A stretch of DNA of 62,871 nucleotides, filler included. It is 6 parts of 6 records of this genome, joined end to end, with 100 filler letters (N's around TTAATTAATTAA, not from the genome) between each part and the next. Parts side by side here need not be neighbours in the genome. Positions count along the whole stretch, not along the records: positions 1 to 19,869 come from SRR20825010_4720; 5 more parts are not named here. One strand, given 5' to 3'. A program made the position numbers and the translations under genes. The notes beneath the pieces are model-generated. The model had not been told where the DNA came from and did no database searches. It worked only from the letters and a program-made list of their open reading frames with translations. This document shows, in pieces, positions 1 to 12,900 of the stretch; the stretch's first letter is position 1; the number at the start of each line of letters is the position of its first letter.

Positions 1-1092
1 CCACCAGGCCCAGTAGAACGAGGTCCAGCCCTGGGAGAAGTTCGCATCGGAACGCCCGAACGGGTTTGAAAGTGCCGGCAGGTATTCAATATATGCCAGC
101 AGGTTCGAGAAGAACCCGGTCGCGATCGCAAGTGTCGGCCCGACGATGATGACGAAGCCAAGCAGCAGGATCGCCAGCACCATGTTGATCTCGGACAGCC
201 GCTTCACACCAGCATCGAGACCCGCCACGACGGAGATCAGCGCGAGGCCCGTGATCCCGGAGATCAGAATAACCTTGGACGTGTTGTTCACGGGAATGTC
301 GAACAGGAAGTTGAGACCCGCTATTGCCTGCTCCGCACCAATACCAAGCGATGTCGCAAGCCCGAACAGGGTCGCGAAAACCGCCAGCGTATCGATGGCA
401 TGCCCGGTCCAGCCCCAGACCCGCTCTCCGAAAATCGGATAGAAGATCGACCGGATGCTGAGCGGCAGACCTTTATTGTAGGAGAAAAGCGCCAGGGATA
501 GCGCCACAACGGCGTAAATCGCCCACGGGTGAAGCCCCCAGTGGAAGATCGTTGCCGCCATGCCAAGCCGGTGCGCTTCCGCCGGATCGCCTGCGGCCCC
601 TGCAAGCGGTGCCCAACTCTCCGGAGAGCCGGCCCCTTCTGCGAGGGACGAGGAGAAATGGGAAATCGGCTCCGACACGCCATAGAACATCAACCCGATG
701 CCCATGCCCGCTGCGAACAGCATCGAGAACCAGCCCGCATAGGAATAGTCGGGTTTAGCCTCGGTCCCGCCCAGCCTGATCTTGCCGAGCGGCGAGACGA
801 TCAGCGCCAGCGTCAGCAGGACAAAGATGTTACCCGCCGCCAGGAAAAACCAGTCAAAGCTGGAAGTCAGCGTCGGCCGCAGCCAGCCGAAGAATTCTCC
901 TGCTTCCGTTGGCAGAGCCAACGCATAAAAGACCAGCAGCATGATGCCTCCGGCCGAGATGGCGAACACCGGGTTATGGATGTCCATCCCGAACGGGCCG
1001 ATTTGTGGCTGCACATTGTGCTGACCTATCTCATAGTCTGTATCGATAACATTCGCTTCCCCGTCGGGGCCGCGCTCTGTTACTTCGCTCAT
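1..1092 (-). CDS. BCCT family (betaine/carnitine/choline) transporter, 3' end runs off window
   Basis: Not in the ORF track because there is no stop in the window. The minus strand from ATG 1092 (RBS AGGGGAGG) reads MSEVTERGPDGEANVIDTDYEIGQHN..DIHNPVF and ends with the BCCT signature GWTSFYWAWW at base 1. Confidence 0.93.
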   Translation of the reverse strand, partial: MSEVTERGPDGEANVIDTDYEIGQHNVQPQIGPFGMDIHNPVFAISAGGIMLLVFYALALPTEAGEFFGWLRPTLTSSFDWFFLAAGNIFVLLTLALIVSPLGKIRLGGTEAKPDYSYAGWFSMLFAAGMGIGLMFYGVSEPISHFSSSLAEGAGSPESWAPLAGAAGDPAEAHRLGMAATIFHWGLHPWAIYAVVALSLALFSYNKGLPLSIRSIFYPIFGERVWGWTGHAIDTLAVFATLFGLATSLGIGAEQAIAGLNFLFDIPVNNTSKVILISGITGLALISVVAGLDAGVKRLSEINMVLAILLLGFVIIVGPTLAIATGFFSNLLAYIEYLPALSNPFGRSDANFSQGWTSFYWAWW

Positions 1093-1320
1093 AATGCCTC
1101 CCCTGGCACATACCTGCGACGGCGTGCCGGATTCATTGATGTCAAAGTCTTGTCCGGAAAGGGTTTCCGGGCCGACGCGTCGTTTTTCACGCGCTCTCTT
1201 TGCTATCTATTGTTGTCACACAGGATGAGTGAGAGCAAATCGGCCCAATGTCTGCTTTGCGACACAATCTCAATCCCGGGCGCCCAAAATACAGGCCGAT
1301 ATGAATTGACGTGGATCAGT

Positions 1321-2262
1321 TTAAGGCGCGAGAGCCTTGTCGGAGTAGGACGCTCCCCCGCTTGGTTGTGCGAGTTCTGCAAAAACCCAAGCCTCGAACG
1401 ACTGGATCAGGGGATCTGACATTTTCGAGCGCGGATAGACCAGATAATATCCGGCATCCTCCTCGATTTTGACATCAGAGAGCGCAGCCAGCATTCCGCT
1501 GCCAAGCTCCGACTCGGCCAATGCAGGCCGCGCCAGGACCACCCCCTGCCCGGCAACGGCGACGTTCAGGATAGAGGCCGCGTCATGGAACACCGCGCCA
1601 CGCCGGAACCGAAGCCCCGGAGCCCCCGCCTTCTCGAACCAGGTTCGCCAGAACTCCGTCGAATCCTCATGATGCAATGGCAACTCGGCAATCTGTTCCG
1701 GCGTCAGCGGCAGATCATCAAGTGTGTGGCCCGCGCTCTGTAGCAGGGCCGGGCTGGCGAAAGGCTGTGCGAACCCGTCCATGATCCGCTTCGAGATGGT
1801 GCCGGGCCAATCCCCCCTGCCGAAACGCACAGCGACATCAATGCCGTCAGAGACAAAATTCGCCAGCGTCACGGAGTGATGCAGATGCACCTCGACATCC
1901 GGCTCCAGCGCCGCGAAGGAGCCGAGACGCGGCACCAGCAGCTTGTAGGCGACCGACGGCGCGGCGGACACGGTCAGGACCTTCTGGTTCATATCCTCGC
2001 AAACCAGCTCCACAGCGCTCGCGATACCGTCGAAAGCCGCCGAGACCGGACCGAGCAGCTTGGCACCGGCTTCCGTCAGGCGGATCCGCCGGCCGGCCCT
2101 GTCGAAAAGGGATACCCCGAACCATTCTTCGAGCGCGCGGATCTGATGACTGACCGCCGCATGGGTCACGTGAAGCTCATCCGCCGCCTTCGAAACACCG
2201 CCCAGACGGGCTGCGGCCTCAAAGGCCCGGAGAGCAGTAAGAGGGGGAATCTGCCTACTCAT
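1321..2262 (-). CDS. LysR-type transcriptional regulator, GcvA-like
   Basis: PPLTALRAFEAAARL..AADELHVTHAAVSHQIRALE HTH, followed by a GcvA-type substrate domain (DVAVRFG, YYLVYP). Confidence 0.93.
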   Translation of the reverse strand: MSRQIPPLTALRAFEAAARLGGVSKAADELHVTHAAVSHQIRALEEWFGVSLFDRAGRRIRLTEAGAKLLGPVSAAFDGIASAVELVCEDMNQKVLTVSAAPSVAYKLLVPRLGSFAALEPDVEVHLHHSVTLANFVSDGIDVAVRFGRGDWPGTISKRIMDGFAQPFASPALLQSAGHTLDDLPLTPEQIAELPLHHEDSTEFWRTWFEKAGAPGLRFRRGAVFHDAASILNVAVAGQGVVLARPALAESELGSGMLAALSDVKIEEDAGYYLVYPRSKMSDPLIQSFEAWVFAELAQPSGGASYSDKALAP

Positions 2263-2264
2263 TA

Positions 2265-2285
2265 TATGTAAATATATCTAACATA
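2265..2285. promoter_or_regulatory. LysR T-N11-A recognition box
   Basis: Perfect dyad TATGT-N11-ACATA directly upstream of the LysR start in the divergent intergenic region. Confidence 0.7.
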
Positions 2286-2382
2286 ATGGGTGAGAATCAA
2301 TCATTTGTCCCTGTCGTCACGAAAACCGATATTCGGATGTAACAGCGAATTGTCTCCAGCAACCGACAAGTGAGGAAAAGTT

Positions 2383-2658
2383 ATGGAACACGCAATGTAT
2401 CTGTTTCTGAACGGCGCCGGCGGCCTGACCCACGATGTCGCCATCTGGAAAGACTATGCCCGGAACCAGACACGGACCCGGAACCATGCTGGGGAGCCCG
2501 AAGCAACTCCGGCGAAACATTCCGGTCTCAAGGATGCGGCCGAACAGCTTCGGCGTCTTTCCCGTCACGCAAAACTCAGCGCGCAGGAAGCGAAACTGCT
2601 CTGCAAGGCGCTGACAATCGTCGAAACCGAAGCCGGTGCCCGCGGCCAGGCAGCATAG
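2383..2658 (+). CDS. hypothetical protein (91 aa), divergent from LysR
   Basis: GAGGA RBS before the ATG and an intrinsic terminator after the stop. No family recognised. Confidence 0.65.
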   Translation: MEHAMYLFLNGAGGLTHDVAIWKDYARNQTRTRNHAGEPEATPAKHSGLKDAAEQLRRLSRHAKLSAQEAKLLCKALTIVETEAGARGQAA

Positions 2659-2682
2659 AGCCTCTTATGCCAGGCCGCATGA

Positions 2683-2719
2683 GCGGGCGGTGCCACGCAA
2701 GGCGCCGCCCGTCTTTTTT
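2683..2719 (+). terminator. Rho-independent terminator
   Basis: GCGGGCGGTGCC-acgcaa-GGCGCCGCCCGT stem (with G-U pairs) followed by CTTTTTT. Confidence 0.8.
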
Positions 2720-2732
2720 GCCGTGCTTGCGG

Positions 2733-3671
2733 TTAACGTTTCAGCGTGCGCAGCTCACAAAACGGCGAATGCTTGGCAACAACGGTTTCCGAGGAACGCG
2801 ACAGGATATCCGCCTGCGCCACCGTATAGCCCTCCGCCTCGACCAGCTTGACGATTTCCAGCAGATAGTCGAGATCCGCCTCCACCCGGGAAAGCCTGCC
2901 CGCAGCCCTGACCAGGGCCGTCCCGGCCTCGCTCAGCCGGTAGCACGGTAATGTCAGATCCGCCGCAGGATCATCGTGACTAACCCGGACAACCTTGTCC
3001 GCATAGAGCAGATTGGTCGAGAAACGGTCTTTCTTCTGCGATGAGAAAACCTTGCTCAGATCCCGGTTGGTCCGGAGAAGGCCGTACTCTTCTAGCAGCA
3101 GGATGCAATCCCCGGTCAATTCGCGCTTACCGAAAAACTCATCGGAAAGCCTCACCAGGAAATTATTGATCCGGAATTTGGCCAGGATCGCGACCCAACG
3201 GATCATGCTGCGATTGAGCGTGCTCATGACCCGGAAGGTGACCAGCGGGACCGTTCCGCTTTCCTCCGCTTCCATGGTGAGCAGCGCGGCCCACATTTCC
3301 TGGCCGGCCTTGTCGCCGCAATCTGATGCCGCCTCGATAAAGCGCACGCACCAATCCGGATCTACATGCCCATCCTGTGGCGTATCGCTCTTGAGCAGTG
3401 TCAAGGCGAGGGAAAAGACAGCCTCTATATTGCGCTGACGCCGGATATCACGTTCTTCAATCCGGGACAGGGCGCGCTCCGCAAGCCCCGCATCCTCATG
3501 GTCATCGCCCTTGCGTACTGCGTCCAACCAGGTTCGGCCGCTTGAGCCGAGCCCGTAGGCGAGCATCTCGCTAAAACGCAGACAGGCCGGATCATAGGCT
3601 TCTACATCCGCATTCTTGGCACGGCGCGACCGTGATTTCGCGTGAGAATTCTCGCGGTTAACGTCTGTCAT
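2733..3671 (-). CDS. DUF2806 / TIGR03899-like protein
   Basis: RRQRNIEAV..VDPDW..RF...A...MWAALL..E pattern resembles DUF2806. ATG 3671 preferred because of the upstream AAGAGG. Confidence 0.65.
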   Translation of the reverse strand: MTDVNRENSHAKSRSRRAKNADVEAYDPACLRFSEMLAYGLGSSGRTWLDAVRKGDDHEDAGLAERALSRIEERDIRRQRNIEAVFSLALTLLKSDTPQDGHVDPDWCVRFIEAASDCGDKAGQEMWAALLTMEAEESGTVPLVTFRVMSTLNRSMIRWVAILAKFRINNFLVRLSDEFFGKRELTGDCILLLEEYGLLRTNRDLSKVFSSQKKDRFSTNLLYADKVVRVSHDDPAADLTLPCYRLSEAGTALVRAAGRLSRVEADLDYLLEIVKLVEAEGYTVAQADILSRSSETVVAKHSPFCELRTLKR

Positions 3672-3687
3672 TAACACCGCCTCTTAT

Positions 3688-4443
3688 TCATAAAGACGAG
3701 ACTATCACGGTTTTTTCCGCCGCAATCAGAAATTCCTGATTTCCATCACTTCCGAATATAGGTGATTCCGCCTGCCCCAGAAGTGTCCATCCGGCGTCAT
3801 TTTCGAGCCAGCTCACAACATCCCGCAGGGCATCGGCCCGCGCCGCCTCGTCCCGGACAATACCGCCCTTGCCAATGCGGGCCGCCCCGACCTCAAATTG
3901 CGGTTTCACAAGCGCTACCAGCCGGGCGCCCGGCAGTGCGCAGGAAAGCGCCTGCGGTAGTGCCAGCCTGAGAGAAATGAAGCTGACATCGGACACAACC
4001 AGTCCTACCGGCTCTCCAATGGTCTCCGGCGCCAGATGACGGGCATTCAGCCGCTCATAGACCCGGACCCGGTCATCCTCGGCAAGGCGCGGGATCAGTT
4101 GCCCGTGACCGACATCGACGGCATGCACCCGGAGCGCGCCCCGGTCCAGCAACACATCGGTAAAACCGCCGGTCGATGCCCCTATATCGAGGCAAACCAG
4201 ACCGGCCGGATCGATCTTGAAAATATCGAGGGCATGTTCAAGTTTCAGCCCGGCACGGGACGCCCATCTGAGCGCGCCGTCATCGAGCCTGATATCCTGG
4301 GATTGCGAGACTTTCGCCGCGGGTTTGACTGCGGTAACGCCATCGACACTGACCTGCCCCGCCTCGATCAGATGCCGTGCCCGGCTGCGCGTTTCGGCCA
4401 GCCCCCGCTGTACCAGGGCAAGATCGAGACGCTCCGATGCCAT
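3688..4443 (-). CDS. tlyA: TlyA family RNA methyltransferase
   Basis: S4 domain (RLDLALVQRGL), SRAGLKL, LDIGASTGGFTD, DVSFISL, LVKPQFE, GSDGNQEF. Start moved to ATG 4443, after the dxs stop. Confidence 0.95.
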   Translation of the reverse strand: MASERLDLALVQRGLAETRSRARHLIEAGQVSVDGVTAVKPAAKVSQSQDIRLDDGALRWASRAGLKLEHALDIFKIDPAGLVCLDIGASTGGFTDVLLDRGALRVHAVDVGHGQLIPRLAEDDRVRVYERLNARHLAPETIGEPVGLVVSDVSFISLRLALPQALSCALPGARLVALVKPQFEVGAARIGKGGIVRDEAARADALRDVVSWLENDAGWTLLGQAESPIFGSDGNQEFLIAAEKTVIVSSL

Positions 4444-4450
4444 CGGCCGG

Positions 4451-6370
<1,920 letters not shown>

Positions 6371-6392
6371 GGGTCCAATTCAGCCCTGAGGC

Positions 6393-7280
6393 TCAGTGCG
6401 TGCGGTCAACGACGTATGCGGCTACCTGTTTCAGAAGGTCTGCCCGCTCACCGAATAAATCAAGGGCGCGTGCCGCTTGTTCGGCCAGCAGACGGGCCTG
6501 CGACCGGGCCCGCTCTATGCCGAGCACGGAAACGAAGGTCGCTTTTCCGGCAGCGCCATCCTGGCCGACCGGCTTGCCTGTCGTATTGGAATCACCAACA
6601 GCGTCGAGCAGATCGTCGGCGATCTGGAATGCCAGCCCCAGCTCTTGCGCGAAGGAATGCAGGGCGTGGATGTGACGGTCCGTGGCATGTCCCATGATCG
6701 CGCCGGATGTGGCGGCGAACGCGAAAATCTCACCGGTCTTCATCCGCTGCATGCGGGTGATGGCGCCGATATCGAATTCCTGTTCTTCCGCCAACAGATC
6801 TATCATCTGACCGCCGACCATGCCTTCCCCACCCGCCGCCTTGGCGAGCTCGGAGACCAGTTTGGCCCGGACGAAAGCATCGGAGCTGGTTTCCTCCGCC
6901 GCGAGGACCTCGAAGGCCAGCGCCTGCAATCCGTCGCCGGCAAGGATGGCCGTCGCCTCATCGAATTTTTTATGGCAGCTCGGCCGGCCCCGGCGCAGAT
7001 CGCTATCGTCCATGGCAGGCAGATCGTCATGGATCAGTGAATAGCAATGCAGAAACTCGACGGCCGCACCGACCCGCAAGGCGCACCGTTCATCGACGGC
7101 AAACATCTTGGCGGACTGCGTAACGATGAAAGGCCGCAACCGTTTGCCGCCGCCCAGGCAGGAATAGCGCATGGCCTGAAACACACGTGCTTCAGCGTCA
7201 TCCGCTTTCGGCAGCAGGAATTCCATTACGCGCTCAACCTCGCGCGCGGTCGTCGCGATCGCGTCTTCAAGCTGGGTCAT
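6393..7280 (-). CDS. ispA: farnesyl diphosphate synthase (polyprenyl synthetase)
   Basis: GGKRLRP, SLIHDDLPAMDD..RRG, KTG, FQIADDLLD; xseB-ispA-dxs synteny. Confidence 0.95.
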   Translation of the reverse strand: MTQLEDAIATTAREVERVMEFLLPKADDAEARVFQAMRYSCLGGGKRLRPFIVTQSAKMFAVDERCALRVGAAVEFLHCYSLIHDDLPAMDDSDLRRGRPSCHKKFDEATAILAGDGLQALAFEVLAAEETSSDAFVRAKLVSELAKAAGGEGMVGGQMIDLLAEEQEFDIGAITRMQRMKTGEIFAFAATSGAIMGHATDRHIHALHSFAQELGLAFQIADDLLDAVGDSNTTGKPVGQDGAAGKATFVSVLGIERARSQARLLAEQAARALDLFGERADLLKQVAAYVVDRTH

Positions 7281-7321
7281 GTGCGGTGGCGATCCTGATC
7301 TGTGTCGGGAGAATGTGCGGC

Positions 7322-7570
7322 TCAGGCTTCGAACGGCTCGGCGGACACGGCGCCGTCAGCATCCGATTTCCGGATCTTTTCGACCTTCATGCGCGCTTCG
7401 TCCAGCTTCTTCTGGCAGTGGGATTTCAGCTCCGCCCCGCGTGCATAGGCATTGATGGCGTCGTCCAAAGTCCCGCTGCCTGATTCGAGTTTGCCGACGA
7501 TCTCTTCAAGCTGAGTCAGCGCCTCTTCAAAGCTGAGGCCTTTGATTTCAGGGGTAGGTGTCTCACTCAC
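7322..7570 (-). CDS. xseB: exodeoxyribonuclease VII small subunit
   Basis: LSFEEALTQLEEIV.KLESG...LDDAI.AY.RG..L..HC; probable GTG start at 7570. Confidence 0.95.
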   Translation of the reverse strand: MSETPTPEIKGLSFEEALTQLEEIVGKLESGSGTLDDAINAYARGAELKSHCQKKLDEARMKVEKIRKSDADGAVSAEPFEA

Positions 7571-7649
7571 GTCGGTCTCCTTCGGGCCAGAGCCCGACAA
7601 TAGGCGCGGGGAGCCCCCGATACAAGGGAGCCCCGCCCGCTTTTCAATG

Positions 7650-8579
7650 TCAGCCGGCGCTCATCAAACTGCGCACATGAGCCGCTGTCGACTCCGCCAA
7701 TGCCTCAAGGTCATAACCGCCCTCAAGCGTGGAGACGATCTTGCCGTCGCAGACAAGGTCCGCCACCCGCATGAGTTCCTCCGTCACCCAGGAGAAATCC
7801 TCTTCCGTCAGGCAGAGCGAGGCCAATGGATCATCAATATGAGCGTCGAATCCGGCAGAAATCATCAAGAGCTCGGGCTGGAATTCGATCAGGGCCGGGG
7901 AAATGATCTCGGTAATGGCCGCCCGGAACTGCTCGCTGCCGGACATCGGCGGCAGAGGGACATTCACGATATTACCGACACCGCGCTCGCTCTGATGACC
8001 GGTTCCCGGAAACAACGGCGCCTGATGGGTCGATGCATAGAAGACCCCGCCATCCGCCTCGAAAATCGCCTGGGTGCCGTTACCATGATGCACATCGAAA
8101 TCGACAATCGCGACGCGCCGCAACCCGTGCGCCGCGCGAGCATGCTCGGCCCCGACGGCAATCTGGTTGAAAAAGCAGAAGCCCATGGGCGTACGCGGCT
8201 CCGCATGGTGACCCGGCGGACGCATGGCACAGAATGCATTCTGTGCCTCGCCGCCGAGCACGGCATCGACGGCGGCGCAAACGGCCCCTGAGCTGCGCAG
8301 GATAGCCTCGCCGGTGCCCGGCGACATCACCGTATCCCCGTCGATCGACCGCTCGCCGGTCTCGGGCACCGCCTCCAGAATGGCTTCCACATAATCGCGG
8401 GGATGCGCCCTGGCGATCTGATCGACGGTGGCTTTAGGAGACTCCCGGCGTTCAAGCCCGTTGAACTCCTCGGCGGACAGGGCTGTCAGCACGGCTTTCA
8501 GGCGCGCCGGATGTTCCGGGTGCATGCGGCCCGGGTCATGTCCAAAACTATCCGCATGGGTATACAGAATCGTCCCCAT
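7650..8579 (-). CDS. histone deacetylase family protein
   Basis: HPE.P.RL, RPPGHHA, MGFC.FN, DFDVHHGNGTQ, SAGFDAH..DPL, LEGGY. Confidence 0.95.
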   Translation of the reverse strand: MGTILYTHADSFGHDPGRMHPEHPARLKAVLTALSAEEFNGLERRESPKATVDQIARAHPRDYVEAILEAVPETGERSIDGDTVMSPGTGEAILRSSGAVCAAVDAVLGGEAQNAFCAMRPPGHHAEPRTPMGFCFFNQIAVGAEHARAAHGLRRVAIVDFDVHHGNGTQAIFEADGGVFYASTHQAPLFPGTGHQSERGVGNIVNVPLPPMSGSEQFRAAITEIISPALIEFQPELLMISAGFDAHIDDPLASLCLTEEDFSWVTEELMRVADLVCDGKIVSTLEGGYDLEALAESTAAHVRSLMSAG

Positions 8580-8827
8580 GTCCTACCTCCCCAACTTTTT
8601 CCGGTCACCAGCGACGGATTTTATCTCGTCCTTCGTTCTTACCAAGAAGGCCGGAGCTGCATCCAGCATCAACTTGCCGCGAGATAGCTCAAATCCCTCA
8701 TTGATTTAATTGCGATTGGAAAAGATACCCGGCAAAATAGAGCCATCTCCGCTCCCTCCAGAGAAACCAGCCTTGATTTCACCGATGCGGACCTCGTGAG
8801 CTCTTGGCGTCAAAAGGCGTGCGCGAA

Positions 8828-9961
8828 ATGCCAGTACTGATGAAGAACCTTCGTTTTGGTCTCCTTTTCCCGGCACTCGCGGCCGTTCTGATTGCTTTGA
8901 CACCAGCCCCGGCATCGGCTCAGGCCAAGACCAAGGCAAGCCCGGTTGAAGTCGATGAGGTTCGCGAGGACACGCTGACCCAGACGGCCCCATTCACTGC
9001 CCGCTTCGTTGCCGTGCAGCTTGGCCCCGTGGCGACGCGCATATCCGAACGGGTCGCCGATATTGAGGTCCGCGCCGGCGAACGGGTCGAAAAAGGCGCC
9101 GTCCTCGCCCGGCTTTCCGACAATCGCCTCAGGGCTGAGCGGCAGCTCAAGGCCTCCGAAGTGAAAAAGGCGGAAGCCCAGCGCGCCCGCGCAGCGGCCA
9201 ACCGCGCCAAGGCACAGCAAACCCTGGCACGGACAGAACAATTGCGCGGTTCGAACGCTTTCCGCATGAACGCGCTCGAAGATGCCCAGCGCGATCTGGA
9301 AGCCTCGGTTGCCAGTTACACAGAGGCCGAAGCCGAAACCGCGCGGGTTCGTGCAGAGCTGGAGCTGGCCGATATTGCCCTCGCCGACGCCTCCATTCTC
9401 GCGCCGTATAATGGCGTCATCCTCGCCCGTCATGTCGTCACGGGCGATTACGTTCAGGCGGGCGATGCCATCGTGACCCTGATGAACGACAGGGATCTGG
9501 AAATCGAGGCCGATATCCCGGCCCAGCGCCTGACCGGCCTCTATCCCGGCGTGCAGATCAAGGCAATGCTGCAAAACGGACAAGCGCTCGACGTCGCGGT
9601 CCGCGCGATCATCCCGGAAGAAAACCCCCGCACCCGCAGCCGCGCCGTTCGTTTCTCGGCGGCCTTGCCGGAGGATTCTGTCCGGATTGCAGAGAACCAG
9701 AGCGTCACGGTTCATATTCCGATCGGCATGGTGCGGCAGGTCGTCAGCGTCCACAAAGACGCGCTGCTGCTCGATGGCCGCCAACCACGGGTTTATGTGG
9801 TGACGGATGGCACGGTGGAAATGCGTCCGGTCACGATCGGCGAATCTCTCGGCACCCGGTTTGAAGTGACGGATGGCCTCGCCATTGGCGAGGTCGTCGT
9901 GATCAAGGGGAATGAACGTCTGCGTCCCGGCGAGCCGGTGGCCGTTCAGGTCAAGGGCTAA
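8828..9961 (+). CDS. RND efflux periplasmic adaptor (MFP)
   Basis: Signal peptide, lipoyl halves (GERVEKGAVLARL, ILAPYNGVI), coiled hairpin, GLAIGEVVV..G; directly precedes an RND permease. Start uncertain between 8804 and 8840. Confidence 0.9.
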   Translation: MPVLMKNLRFGLLFPALAAVLIALTPAPASAQAKTKASPVEVDEVREDTLTQTAPFTARFVAVQLGPVATRISERVADIEVRAGERVEKGAVLARLSDNRLRAERQLKASEVKKAEAQRARAAANRAKAQQTLARTEQLRGSNAFRMNALEDAQRDLEASVASYTEAEAETARVRAELELADIALADASILAPYNGVILARHVVTGDYVQAGDAIVTLMNDRDLEIEADIPAQRLTGLYPGVQIKAMLQNGQALDVAVRAIIPEENPRTRSRAVRFSAALPEDSVRIAENQSVTVHIPIGMVRQVVSVHKDALLLDGRQPRVYVVTDGTVEMRPVTIGESLGTRFEVTDGLAIGEVVVIKGNERLRPGEPVAVQVKG

Positions 9962-9965
9962 GCCG

Positions 9966-12900
9966 ATGGACACATTGATCCGGCACGCCATCCAGCGCCC
10001 CGTCGCGGTGCTGGCCATTGTCATGATGATCGTGATGTTCGGCATCGTTGCCCTGCAAAGCATCCCGATCCAGCTGGCGCCCGATGTGAACAGACCGGTG
10101 ATCACGGTCACGACCTACTGGAACGGAGCCGCTCCGGCAGAGATCGAACGCGAGATCATCAACCGGCAGGAAGACGAGCTGCGCGGCCTCGAAGCATTGG
10201 AATCGATGATTTCAAGCTCCGAAGATGGGCGCGGCCGGATCACGATGGAATTCTCGCCCGGCACCGACATGGACAAGTCGCTGCTGCTTGTCTCCAACCG
10301 GCTGGACCGGGTCGGCAATTATCCGGACGAAGTGGATGAGCCAACATTCCAGACGGCCGGCTCCGAAGACAATGCCATCGCCTGGGCGGTAATCCTGCGC
10401 AAGGACGGCAACGACACTCCCATGCACACTTACGGCGACTTCGCCGAAGATTATGTCAAAGCCCGGATCGAACGGATTTCCGGGATCGGTGAAGCCCGCA
10501 TCTATGGCGGTGCCGAGCGGGAAATGAGGGTGGAAGTCGACCCGCAATTGCTCGCCCAGTACCAATTGACCATTCCGGATGTGCTCGGCTCCCTGCGCGC
10601 GGCAAACGCCTCGATTTCAGCCGGAGCCGTCGATGAAGGCAAGCGCCGTTACGTGGTCCGTACGGAAGGCGATTTCAAAAACATCGACAATGTCCGCGGC
10701 GTTGTCCTGCGCTCGATAGAAGACCCGATGACCGGCCGCGTCGCCCGCGTTACCGTCTCCGACGTGGCCTCGGTCAGCATCGGCTATAAGGATCCTGTCG
10801 CGCGCATCCGGCAATTCGGCACACCGGCGCTCGCAGTGCCGATGTACCGGGAGACCGGGGCCAACGTGATCGAGGTAATGACCGAGGTCCGCAAAGCCAT
10901 CGACGAGTTGAACAAGGGATATCTCGCCACCCGGGACCTGGAGATGATCCAGGTCTACGACGAGACCACCTATATCAATTCCTCCATCGATCTGGTGCGC
11001 CAGAATATCTGGGTCGGCGGCATTCTGGCCGCGATGGTGCTCTATCTGTTCCTGCGCAGCGGCAACGCCACGCTGGTTGTCAGCCTGGCAATCCCGGTTT
11101 CCATCATCGGCTCGTTCGTCGCCATGGCCGCGCTTGGCCGCTCGATCAACGTCATCTCGCTGGCCGGTATCGCCTTCGCCGTCGGCATGGTGGTCGATGC
11201 GGCCATCGTCGTGCTGGAGAATATTTTCCGCCTGCGGCAACTCGGCCACTCTCCGAACGAGGCCGCCTATCGTGGTGCCCAGCAGGTCTGGGGCGCGGTG
11301 CTGGTGTCCTCCCTGACAACGGTCATGGTGTTCATTCCGATCCTGGTCATGGAACTGGAAGTCGGGCAGCTGTTCCGGGATATCGCCGTCGCCATCTCGG
11401 TCGCGGTCTGTCTTTCCCTGGTCGTCTCCGCAACCGTCGTCCCGGCCCTTGCCAGCCGTTTGCTGAAGAACGAAATCGGCGACCTGAGCGCGGCGCGGCG
11501 TCTGCCACTGGTTGATTCTTTTGCCCATGCTTTCGTGGCCACCGTCATGAAGCAGACCCGCGCCGTGGTGAAAAACCGGGCCCTCGCCCTCACCGTCATT
11601 GCCGGAATGACCGTCGGCAGCATCGCCGCGACATGGGCCATGCTGCCCGAACTCGACTATCTGCCGGAAGGCAACCGCAACCTGATCATCGGCTTCGTCA
11701 AACCACCGCCCGGCTACAATCTCGACACCATGTCCGCGATCGCCACGAAGCTGGAAAACGCGACCAAGCCGATCTGGGATTTCGACGGAACAAGACCCGT
11801 CGCCGAAGACGGCACACCGACCATGTCGCGCTTCTTCTTCGTCGCGCTACGCGCCAATGTCATCGTCGGCTCCGCGGCGTCCGACCCGACCCGGGCCAAA
11901 GAGCTGATACCGGTGCTCCGCCGCTCGCTTTTCACGGAACCCGGAACCTTCGGATTCTTCCGCCAGAGCTCCCTCTTCGGGCGTGGTGTCGGCGGGTCAA
12001 ATTCGATCGATCTGGATATTTCCGGCGGCGAACTGGAAGAACTGACCGAGATCGCCCAGAAAACCTTCTTCAAGGTCAGCCAGGCCTTTCCCCAGGAGGA
12101 AGGCACACAGATACGTCCCCAGCCGTCCCTGTCGCTTGGCGCGCCTGAAGTGCGCGTGGTCCCCAACCGCACCCTGCTGGCGGACAATGGCGTCTCGGCC
12201 CGCGATCTGGGCTTTACGGTCGATGCCTACAATGACGGCATCCGGGTGGCGGAAATCACCGTTCAGGGCGAGCGTATCGACCTGACGCTGACCGGTCCGG
12301 AAGACCATATCGTGCAAACCCAGGGCGTGGCGGACCTGCCTGTGGTGACCAGCGAGGGCAAGATCGTGCCGGCGGGCTCCCTTGCGAACGTCATGGTGAC
12401 AACCGGCCCGACGGAAATCCGCCATGTCGCGCGCGAACGAACCATCACCCTCACCGTCTCGCCCCCCTCCGGCATGCCGCTGGAAGGTGCACTGAACAGG
12501 ATGCGGGATGAAGTCATCACCCCGATGGAAGCGGACGGGCTGCCGCCGGGCGTGAGCATCCGCATGTCCGGAACGGCTGATAAACTGGCGCAGACCTGGA
12601 ACGAGATGGTGGTCGATCTGGTGATGGCCCTGGTCATCGTCTACCTGGTCATGGCCGTCCTGTTCGAGAGCTTCTTCTATCCGTTGGTCATCATCTTCTC
12701 GGTTCCTCTGGCAACGGCCGGCGGCGTGGTCGGACTGGCGACCCTCAACGTCTTCATCCGTCAGAATCTCGACATGCTGACCCTGCTCGGCTTCGTCATC
12801 CTGATCGGCATCGTGGTGAACAACGCGATCCTGCTGGTGCACCAGACACTTCATCACATACGCGAGGACGGCATGGAATCCGGCGCGGCGATCATCGAGG

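Noticed and set aside
529-1419. 296-aa plus-strand ORF
   Set aside because: The real gene is the minus-strand BCCT transporter (1-1092), missed by the track because it lacks a stop in the window.
3688-4443. tlyA as a haemolysin or virulence marker
   Set aside because: Housekeeping-type RNA methyltransferase in its usual position after dxs.
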